From assembly GCA_022705905.1 (NCBI GenBank), contig JAKJDO010000002.1, positions 8,872 to 72,871 on the forward strand: a stretch of 64,000 nucleotides of DNA, in the 5' to 3' direction. Below the pieces are notes generated by a model that was not told the origin of the DNA, made no database searches, and saw only the letters and a list, made by a program, of their open reading frames with translations. This DNA is from Patescibacteria group bacterium. Lineage in GTDB: Bacteria > Patescibacteriota > Patescibacteriia > Patescibacteriales > UBA12075. Each line of letters starts with the position of its first letter. Positions within the stretch are counted from its first letter, which is position 1. The position numbers were made by a program, and so were the translations under genes. Positions 57,798 through 64,000 of this stretch are shown piece by piece.

Positions 57798-57947
57798 ATG
57801 AAAAATTCTATGGAAGATCGTGTTTGCCGTTGCTCCAATCCGCATTACAGAGGCGGAGTATGTATAACTTGCGGCGGGAAGTTTGTCGTCAAGTCAATTC
57901 GGCCGCTTTGTTGCCGAGTACCAATTCCGCCCAAGCCGCCTAGGTGA
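57798..57947 (+). CDS. Island ORF E, 49 aa, zinc-ribbon-like
   Basis: SD AAGGAGG. CRC...CITCGG. Confidence 0.5.
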   Translation: MKNSMEDRVCRCSNPHYRGGVCITCGGKFVVKSIRPLCCRVPIPPKPPR

Positions 57948-57972
57948 CAGTCGGATCAATGCTCTCTTGTTC

Positions 57973-58005
57973 GAGGGGTGGCTTTATGTCCACCCCGCTT
58001 TTTTT
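57973..58005 (+). terminator. Intrinsic terminator after ORF E
   Basis: ggggtgg ctttatgt ccacccc followed by T7. Confidence 0.8.
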
Positions 58006-58034
58006 ATTAAAATTAGGTAAAAAATAGGACATGC

Positions 58035-58237
58035 TTGCATTTTTGTGTAATTTTGGTATAATTATCCACAAGAGTAAAGATATGATTAAAACATCACTAA
58101 GAAACAATTTCTATTTTGGCTTTTATTTTAGTCTCCAGGGGAGATCGTTTCTTAGTGGTGTTTTGACGAAATAGTAAAAAACAAACACCATTAGGGAAAA
58201 CAAAACGAGCCTCCCCGTAAACCGGGGAGGTTTGTTT
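58035..58237 (+). promoter_or_regulatory. Module U3: promoter, tiny ORF 58082..58174 (MIKTSLRNNFYFGFYFSLQGRSFLSGVLTK), 18-bp hairpin, terminator
   Basis: TTGCAT-16-TGgTATAAT. aaaacatcactaagaaac (58088-105) pairs with gtttcttagtggtgtttt (58147-64). ggggag (58138-43) can pair with ctcccc of the terminator cctccccg/cggggagg (58210-30). Confidence 0.5.
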
Positions 58238-58261
58238 ATTAAGAAAAATAGTTTAAATAAC

Positions 58262-58389
58262 ATGAAAAAGATATTACAAACAACGAGCTTCTATTTCTAC
58301 CTTTACTTTTTTAGATAAAGGCTGGTTGTTTGTGATATTTTAAATCACAAAAAGAAAAAGAACCGGCCTTGAAGAAAGTCCGGTTCTTT
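58262..58389 (+). promoter_or_regulatory. Module U4: tiny ORF 58262..58318 (MKKILQTTSFYFYLYFFR), 14-bp hairpin, terminator-like stem
   Basis: atattacaaacaac (58271-84) pairs with gttgtttgtgatat (58325-38). ctggttgtt (58322-30) can pair with aagaaccgg (58358-66), which otherwise pairs with ccggttctt (58380-88). Confidence 0.45.
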
Positions 58390-58448
58390 AATTATATAGA
58401 TCTTTAGCAATTATCTTAACTATCCTACATCAGGGAGGAAGACGACAG

Positions 58449-58667
58449 ATGGGAAAAGAGCTTATTTGGGTTGGAGAAAAGTGTCATCAGCTAGTAACAA
58501 TCGCTAGTAACGACAAGCACGAGGGGGTGTGTCCAGAGTGCGGTAACGTAGAGTACGCGATACGCGGGTTTTTACATTCCGATGGCACTATTGAAGAGGC
58601 AACTATCGACAGCGTCAGTCGGTGGTTAAGGGAAAAGGTGCAAGAAGCAGCAGCAAAAGCTGCTTAA
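58449..58667 (+). CDS. Island ORF F, 72 aa, zinc-ribbon-like (CH...CPEC)
   Basis: SD GGGAGG; track ORF. Confidence 0.55.
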   Translation: MGKELIWVGEKCHQLVTIASNDKHEGVCPECGNVEYAIRGFLHSDGTIEEATIDSVSRWLREKVQEAAAKAA

Positions 58668-58686
58668 TACGAGGAGGTTTGAAACC

Positions 58687-59037
58687 ATGAAAGAAACACA
58701 GACACAGACGATAATTTCAGGCGCGATGTTTTTCCGGCTCGGCGGTTACTTTGAGGACGACACCCATCTTCAGTGGCTCAGAAAAGCCCTTGAGGAAAGG
58801 GGTGTTATGCTGATCGATACAGAGCCGTTGCCTTTGAAGCCGCATCTCAATCAGAAGCCGACAGGAACCCAGGTCTCAATCGAGGCCGGCATACTCGAAC
58901 CGCTTGAAGTGACGGAACTGATGTGTCCGGCATTGAGAGCAAGAGTCCTCGGCTTCTCTTGGACGGCTGAGCCCGACCCTGAGCATTCGGAAAGGATCGA
59001 TTCTGTCGGCACCAAGTCGCAGGAAGCTGCGAGGTGA
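58687..59037 (+). CDS. Island ORF G, 116 aa, unknown
   Basis: SD GAGGAGG; about 52% GC in the sampled row 58801-58860. Confidence 0.55.
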   Translation: MKETQTQTIISGAMFFRLGGYFEDDTHLQWLRKALEERGVMLIDTEPLPLKPHLNQKPTGTQVSIEAGILEPLEVTELMCPALRARVLGFSWTAEPDPEHSERIDSVGTKSQEAAR

Positions 59038-59041
59038 CGAC

Positions 59042-59209
59042 ATGGACGAACAGGCAGTAGGAGAATACAACTTCTTCACTTATGATTCAGGCGACAAGGG
59101 CGACCACCAGCCGGCAGAAGGGGAGACATCCAGTTCTTCTCCATCATCAACAACAGCGCCTTCAGAACAGAAGCGCATCAAGTACCTCTTCTCAGATGTG
59201 GGGAGGTAG
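59042..59209 (+). CDS. Island ORF H, 55 aa, acidic/Ser-rich
   Basis: ATG 4 nt after the ORF G stop codon; hand-translated MDEQAVGEYNFFTYDSGDKGDHQPAEGETSSSSPSSTTAPSEQKRIKYLFSDVGR. Confidence 0.4.
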   Translation: MDEQAVGEYNFFTYDSGDKGDHQPAEGETSSSSPSSTTAPSEQKRIKYLFSDVGR

Positions 59210-59249
59210 CAAAGCCCGATAGCAAACGGGGAAGGAGGTAGTCAGATTA

Positions 59250-59290
59250 GGTCCGGGGAACGTAAGTACCTGGACCTTCTTTTTATTTTT
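59250..59290 (+). terminator. Intrinsic terminator closing the F-G-H unit
   Basis: ggtccgg...cctggacc followed by a T-rich tract. Confidence 0.7.
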
Positions 59291-59359
59291 AAAACTTGAC
59301 AATTTTTAAAACTTATGCTATACTTTTTAAACAAAAAATGCCCTTTGAAAGGAAAAACA

Positions 59360-59713
59360 ATGGACAAAAAGCATATATTGGTTCTTGATGACGAGCCAGA
59401 ACTTACAAATTTTTTGTCAGATTGCCTTGACAGCTATGAAGTCAAGCAGTGCACCAAAACCGACGAAGCTATCGACGAGTTAAAAAACAGCCCAGAGAAA
59501 TATTTTGGCTGCATAATTGACAACGATATCGATGAAGTTGGTGGTGGCGTAAGGTTTGCCAAAACGATAAAGAGCCTAAAGATCGTAACCACGATCGTTA
59601 TGTTCACGGGCAAACCTTTGCAAAAAGAGGAAGAAGCGGTAATCAGGAATACGGTTGATCGGTTAGAAAAGAAGCCGGTCTCTGTCAAAACAATCAGAAC
59701 AATATTCCCTTAG
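59360..59713 (+). CDS. Divergent stand-alone receiver (REC) domain protein
   Basis: ILVLDDEPE, IIDNDI, MFTG, EKKP pattern. Promoter TTGACA-17-TATACT at 59296-59324. Confidence 0.6.
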   Translation: MDKKHILVLDDEPELTNFLSDCLDSYEVKQCTKTDEAIDELKNSPEKYFGCIIDNDIDEVGGGVRFAKTIKSLKIVTTIVMFTGKPLQKEEEAVIRNTVDRLEKKPVSVKTIRTIFP

Positions 59714-59724
59714 AGGAGGAAGAT

Positions 59725-60006
59725 ATGGACGTGATAGTTTTCTGGATTATTATTTTTTTTGTCAGTGTACTTTCTGGTATTTTATTTTGGGGTATGAGCA
59801 ACAACAAAGGACAGTCAATCGCGATGTTCATCTTGAGTGTTGCACTCATGTTTCTCGGGTTATTCTGGTTCCTTCCTGCCCTTAATCTTCAGAGGGAGCC
59901 GGGAGCAATCATTGTGGTCGGCTTCATTGTTCTTTGTATTTCATTTGTGTCGGGAGGCCTTCAGTCTTTCGTTGATTGCAATAACAGGAGAGTAAATAAA
60001 GCCTGA
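59725..60006 (+). CDS. Small 3-TM membrane protein
   Basis: Track ORF; the start is coupled to the upstream stop codon via GAGGAGG. Confidence 0.5.
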   Translation: MDVIVFWIIIFFVSVLSGILFWGMSNNKGQSIAMFILSVALMFLGLFWFLPALNLQREPGAIIVVGFIVLCISFVSGGLQSFVDCNNRRVNKA

Positions 60007-60032
60007 GCTAGTTAATAAAATAGCTCTGGCGG

Positions 60033-60072
60033 CCCTCGGTCCACCGTTTCACGGACCGGGGGTTGTTTTATT
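60033..60072 (+). terminator. Intrinsic terminator
   Basis: ccctcggtcc...ggaccggggg followed by ttgttttatttt. Confidence 0.75.
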
Positions 60073-60076
60073 TTCT

Positions 60077-60102
60077 GGATTCCCGCCTGCGCGGGAATGA
60101 CA
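60077..60102. repeat. Half-copy of the GC-rich repeat
   Basis: ggattcccgcctgcgcgggaatgaca, identical to the right half of the copy at 238-312. Confidence 0.8.
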
Positions 60103-60134
60103 ATGTAAAGTATATTTTGCTATAATAAGGTTAT

Positions 60135-60725
60135 ATGAAAATAATTTTTGCCACACACAACCAGGGAAAATTAAAAGAGATGAAAGAATTGTTGTCTGGA
60201 TTTGAAGTAATGAGCGCGGAAGAGGCCGGGGTTTCCGATGACGTTATTGAAGACGGAATGACGTTTAGAGAGAATGCTTTAAAAAAAGCGCGGTTTGTTG
60301 CAGGTAAAACTGGAGAATGGGCAGTCGCGGATGATTCTGGAATTTGCATTGATGTTTTAGATGGTGCGCCAGGGGTTATGTCAGCGCGTTGGGCAAAAAG
60401 CGATGAAGATAAAATTAATTTAACTCTAAAAAAATTAAAAGGTGTGCAGGATAGTGAGAGAGGTGCTTCTATGGAAGTAGTTTTGGCTTTAGTCGCGCCT
60501 GACAGACGCGAGTGGATTTTTGGCGGGCGTGTTAAAGGTAAAATTGCGCTTGACCCCAAAGGTGAAAGTAAAAAAAGTCTACCGTACGATAAAATTTTTG
60601 TACCCAAAGGTTATACTAGAACTTTTGCGGAAATGACGTCTGAAGAAAAAAATGCCCTGAGTCATCGCGGCAAGGCATTCAAAAAGTTAAAAGGATTTTT
60701 AGATAAAAAGCTATGGCAAGAATAA
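60135..60725 (+). CDS. rdgB: Non-canonical purine NTP pyrophosphatase (RdgB/HAM1)
   Basis: [36 protein letters not shown]. Confidence 0.85.
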   Translation: MKIIFATHNQGKLKEMKELLSGFEVMSAEEAGVSDDVIEDGMTFRENALKKARFVAGKTGEWAVADDSGICIDVLDGAPGVMSARWAKSDEDKINLTLKKLKGVQDSERGASMEVVLALVAPDRREWIFGGRVKGKIALDPKGESKKSLPYDKIFVPKGYTRTFAEMTSEEKNALSHRGKAFKKLKGFLDKKLWQE

Positions 60726-61216
60726 AAATTATTCAAGGCGATATTACTGAGATTAAGGTTGACGCAATAGTTAACGCGGCAAATAATAGTCTACTGGGTG
60801 GAGGTGGTGTCGACGGCGCTATTCATCGCGCTGCTGGACCGGAACTACTAGCTGAATGCAAAACTTTAGGCGGCTGTGAGACTGGAGATGCAAAAATTAC
60901 CAGAGGATATTTACTACTGGCAAAGTACGTAATTCATACCGTTGGGCCGGTTTGGCACGGCGGTAAAAATAATGAAGAAGAATTATTGATTTCATGTTAT
61001 CGGCGTTCGCTGGAAGTAGCAGCAGAAAATAATATACAATCAATTGCTTTTCCAGCAATTTCAACTGGCGTTTATCATTTTCCGAAAGACAGGGCTGCGC
61101 AGATTGCAATTAGTACGGTAAAAGAATTTTTAGAAAAAAATAATGATATTGAAGAGGTTGTCTTTGTTTTATTTTCTGAAGATGATAAAAAGATATACGA
61201 AGAACTAATCCAATAA
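60713..61216 (+). CDS. Macro-domain protein (O-acetyl-ADP-ribose deacetylase, YmdB-like)
   Basis: [36 protein letters not shown]. Confidence 0.85.
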   Translation: MARIKIIQGDITEIKVDAIVNAANNSLLGGGGVDGAIHRAAGPELLAECKTLGGCETGDAKITRGYLLLAKYVIHTVGPVWHGGKNNEEELLISCYRRSLEVAAENNIQSIAFPAISTGVYHFPKDRAAQIAISTVKEFLEKNNDIEEVVFVLFSEDDKKIYEELIQ

Positions 61217-61314
61217 ATACTTTTCAAAATTAAAGAAGAGCGGGTCTGATAAAATTCTGCTTGTTGCTTAGAATTTTATTTTTCCCGCTCTTTTCTGTGT
61301 CGAATCCACGAATC

Positions 61315-61770
61315 TTACGACTGATGAATTCCGCTTTTCTCGTCGATACTCTCCAACGAGCAGGAGAATGACAACGATTTATGTCGCCCCTCGTTGTTGA
61401 CCCCTAGCTTTTCTAGAACGATTTCCAGTATTTCGATCGACCGACGATGAAAGTCGTCTTTGTGCATTAAGTCGAAGTTAAAATTGAACGCAGAGCCGTC
61501 ATTAAACACTCCGTATACACTTGGCACGTTTGTAAGGAGATCTAGTATCTCCTGGAGTCTCGCAGCTGGCTGACGAAATCCCTGTAATATAAACATCTTA
61601 AAAAACACCTTTTGTCCGTTGGGCATAAGCTTCGTCTGAATCTTGTCGACTAGATAATGCCTCTCGTCTTGTCCTTTAATTCTTTCCAGGATATCTACCT
61701 CGAATTTTGTCCTCCAACCTTCCGGGCCTATGTTCCAAACCATAGTCCAGCCACGCAGTCCATTGTCCAT
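61315..61770 (-). CDS. GC-richer orphan protein (151 aa)
   Basis: SD GAGGAGG 7 nt before the ATG at 61770. Long bidirectional hairpin terminator at 61238-61293. Confidence 0.5.
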   Translation of the reverse strand: MDNGLRGWTMVWNIGPEGWRTKFEVDILERIKGQDERHYLVDKIQTKLMPNGQKVFFKMFILQGFRQPAARLQEILDLLTNVPSVYGVFNDGSAFNFNFDLMHKDDFHRRSIEILEIVLEKLGVNNEGRHKSLSFSCSLESIDEKSGIHQS

Positions 61771-62005
61771 TGAGACTCCTCCTCGGCTGCTCATATTTTT
61801 TTCCAATCATATGACTGGTTTTTGGCAGCGCCTCTAAGTTCATAGAAACTCAAAAGTACTGCCAAAATTTTAAAAAGAACTTCATCGAAGAGTAACATAT
61901 TATTGATCTTTAGTCAATATTATCTAAAGTGGATAATTGACTTTCGGAGTAAGAAATGCTAATAATATGGATATTTGAAAAAAAGACGAAAAGGAGGAAT
62001 AAACA

Positions 62006-62332
62006 TTGAAAAGAAAACAGCAGAAAAACTACAAAGCAAGAAAGGTTTTCGTCAGAAAGGATAGCGGCGACAATCTTCAGGCGGCAACTTTCGAGGTCAG
62101 ACCTCGTTTGGTGCTTTTTCTCGAACAGCCCCAGAGCATCAGACCCTGTAGTCTAAGAGGTTTTTTACGAACATACAAGAAGATGTTTGAGGTTCTTGAG
62201 AACATACCTCTGAAGGTTTCTGATGTCTATTATCGGAAAGGGAGAGCCATGATCAGGGCTAGGTTCGGTTGTGGTCGCAACTTCGCCGAACTTACTTTGC
62301 CAGCGGCGGCTTTCTGCCGTCGGAAGAGGTAA
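62006..62332 (+). CDS. GC-richer orphan, very basic 108-aa protein (TTG start)
   Basis: SD AAGGAGG 8 nt before the TTG. Terminator agcggcgg...ccgccgct at 62349-62381. Confidence 0.5.
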   Translation: MKRKQQKNYKARKVFVRKDSGDNLQAATFEVRPRLVLFLEQPQSIRPCSLRGFLRTYKKMFEVLENIPLKVSDVYYRKGRAMIRARFGCGRNFAELTLPAAAFCRRKR

Positions 62333-62412
62333 TAAAGCTGTTTCCAGAGCGGCGGTTGTCTTCAGACACCCGCCGCTTCACCATTTTTAGAAAATAAGTT
62401 ATAGTTTTATTG

Positions 62413-62976
62413 ATGAATATTTCTATGCCCACACCTATTGCCCATACCGCAGTCTCCATAGCTCTCTACAAAACCATCATTAAAGATGGCAAGGGTTTTA
62501 AAATCTTTTTTTGGTCGGTTTTTTGCGGAATTATTGCCGACCTTGATTTAATCGGATATTTTTTAAATGTGCCAGTAGAGAATTTTTGGGGACATCGCGG
62601 CTTTACTCATTCTATTTTTTTCTCCGGTTTTTTAGCCTTTTTTGTTTGTTTTGCTTTTTTCCGCCAGCACAATATAAAAGATAAAAATTTTTGGTTCTTG
62701 TTTTTTAATTTTTGTCTGATAGGCGCGTTGCACTCTTTTCTCGACGCTTTAACGAGTCGATATTACGGCACAGCCCTCTTTTTACCTTTTAGCAATCATC
62801 GTTTTGTTTTTTTTGGTTCGCCGATTAATGACAATATCGGCGCGAATGATTTTTGGGGGTATTATTCTACCTGCGGTCTAAATTTGATTGTGGTTGAAGG
62901 AGCTATAATTATTCTTGCTTTGCTTTGGCTATGGTTAATAAACAGGCGAGGCAGGAATTGTTTTGCAAAAAAATAA
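62413..62976 (+). CDS. Membrane-bound metal-dependent hydrolase (DUF457/YdjM-like)
   Basis: N-terminal PTPIAHT, HRGFTHS motif, multiple TM segments. Confidence 0.65.
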   Translation: MNISMPTPIAHTAVSIALYKTIIKDGKGFKIFFWSVFCGIIADLDLIGYFLNVPVENFWGHRGFTHSIFFSGFLAFFVCFAFFRQHNIKDKNFWFLFFNFCLIGALHSFLDALTSRYYGTALFLPFSNHRFVFFGSPINDNIGANDFWGYYSTCGLNLIVVEGAIIILALLWLWLINRRGRNCFAKK

Positions 62977-62996
62977 TAATTCGGAAAATTTAATTT

Positions 62997-63104
62997 ATGA
63001 AAAAAACAGCTATAATTTTGTTAATAATTTTTCTTTTGATTGTTTTGGCCACTATTTATATAGTTTGGTTTATTTTTAAAGACCTCCTTTTGCTAGTTAA
63101 ATAA
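62997..63104 (+). CDS. Possible 35-aa single-TM peptide
   Basis: Hand-translated MKKTAIILLIIFLLIVLATIYIVWFIFKDLLLLVK. Confidence 0.3.
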   Translation: MKKTAIILLIIFLLIVLATIYIVWFIFKDLLLLVK

Positions 63105-63255
63105 TTTTGGTCAACTAATAAAAACTGCTGGGTGCCAGCTTTTAATTTTTTATTAATAAAAAATTAATTAATAATTAACTATAAAAAATTATAATATTTA
63201 TATAATAAACTTTTAACTAATTTAGCATAATTATTATTAATTAATTTTAAAATTT

Positions 63256-63468
63256 ATGAAAAGTTTAAATGTTTTTGATTGGACGGCGCTGGTGTTGGTA
63301 ATTGTCGGCGCTTTAAACTGGGGCTTGGTTGGTATATTTAAGTTTGATTTAGTGGCGGCCTTATTTGGCGACATGTCCATTCTTTCAAGAACTGTTTACG
63401 CTCTAGTTGGCGTTGCTGCAATTTATTTAGCGGTTATTGCCATGAATTTACAAAAAAGAAGCGCTTAA
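63256..63468 (+). CDS. DUF378-family small membrane protein
   Basis: ALVLVIVGALNWGLVGIFKFDLVAALFG pattern. Confidence 0.7.
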   Translation: MKSLNVFDWTALVLVIVGALNWGLVGIFKFDLVAALFGDMSILSRTVYALVGVAAIYLAVIAMNLQKRSA

Positions 63469-63619
63469 AGCCAGCATAGATTTTTTAAAGAGGGGCGCCT
63501 AAAACAGCCTGTTTTGGGCGTTTTTACATTTTAAAAAGATGCGTTATGTGCTACTATTAAGATTAGTTGTTACCTATCTTTAAGTTTTTCGTTATTTATT
63601 GTGGTGGCATAAAATTTTT

Positions 63620-64000
63620 ATGGACAACGAAAAAGATATTATTGTCTCTTGCCAGCAAGGAGATTTAGAAAAATTTTCCTGGCTCTACGATAAGTATATT
63701 AAAAAGATATACGATTTTATTTATTTTAAAACTACTCATAAAGAAACCGCCGAAGATTTAACGAGTCAAACTTTTTTTAAAGCTTTGGAAAAAATAAAAA
63801 CCTTTAATTCTGACAAGGGTACATTTTCCGCTTGGCTTTATCAGATTGCCCGCAATACCGTGATTGACCACTACCGTACAAGGAAAAAAACTGTTGACAT
63901 TGATGATGTTTGGGATATGGCTGAAGATCAAGACATTGAGCGCGATATTGACGTACAAGAAAAATTAAAATCAGTTGAAAAACATTTGGCTAAATTAAAG
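63620..64000 (+). CDS. ECF-type sigma-70 family RNA polymerase sigma factor (3' end outside window)
   Basis: Hand-translated open frame from the ATG at 63620 to the window end, with region 2 motifs (YDKYIKKIYDFIYFKT, FSAWLYQIARNTVIDHYR). Absent from the ORF track because no stop codon lies in the window. Confidence 0.8.
   Translation, partial: MDNEKDIIVSCQQGDLEKFSWLYDKYIKKIYDFIYFKTTHKETAEDLTSQTFFKALEKIKTFNSDKGTFSAWLYQIARNTVIDHYRTRKKTVDIDDVWDMAEDQDIERDIDVQEKLKSVEKHLAKLK

Noticed and set aside
55798-60072. A retron, DGR or type III toxin-antitoxin as the explanation for the structured RNAs in the island.
   Set aside because: There is no reverse transcriptase, no template/variable repeat pair, and the RNA units are not short identical tandem repeats followed by a single endoRNase-sized toxin gene.

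Overview
AT-rich bacterial window (sampled 60-nt rows about 27-35% GC) that looks like a small-genome, CPR/Patescibacteria-like organism. This placement is inferred from gene content and rRNA architecture, not from a search. Standard genetic code: TGA, TAA and TAG all end conserved genes. Most of the window is housekeeping: ruvB, queA, rpmF, nusB, rnc, pilT, glmS plus an amino-sugar cluster, EndoQ-like nuclease, valS, tyrS, argS, glyQS, rlmN, ndk, rdgB, cell-wall enzymes (VanW, SLT/LysM, RlpA), and a minus-strand glycan operon (GH130, GT4 fusion, six-hairpin GH). RNA genes are a 23S-5S unit with no 16S upstream and three expansion insertions in the 23S, plus tRNA-Ser(CGA), tRNA-Val(GAC) and tRNA-Ile(UAU). 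A glycine-type T-box leader precedes a CYTH-glyQS operon. Three kinds of structure go beyond ordinary annotation. (1) A family of GC-rich TGTCAT...ATGACA hairpin mini-repeats has at least 13 copies. Some lie in frame inside CDSs (queA, an O-antigen-ligase-like gene) and one is fused in frame to the 5' end of the EndoQ ORF. A related hairpin core sits inside two degenerate tRNA 5'-half copies, and a related GC hairpin sits in the T-box antiterminator loop. (2) Several GC-richer orphan islands hold unrecognisable genes (33.9, 44.1, 53.2, 55.8-60.1 and 61.3-62.3 kb). (3) The best candidate for something undescribed is the 55.8-60.1 kb island. It holds SD-led orphan mini-ORFs, three of them zinc-ribbon-like. 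Each transcription unit is fronted by the same module: a tiny SD-less ORF whose ends base-pair around a run of Ile/Val, Ile, Leu or Phe/Tyr codons, followed by a terminator. In four of the five modules an alternative anti-terminator pairing is visible. A simpler leader ORF with a terminator/antiterminator switch sits upstream of the 23S rRNA. No CRISPR array, integrase, transposase or reverse transcriptase was seen. All protein calls rest on motif recognition by eye; no database search was possible.
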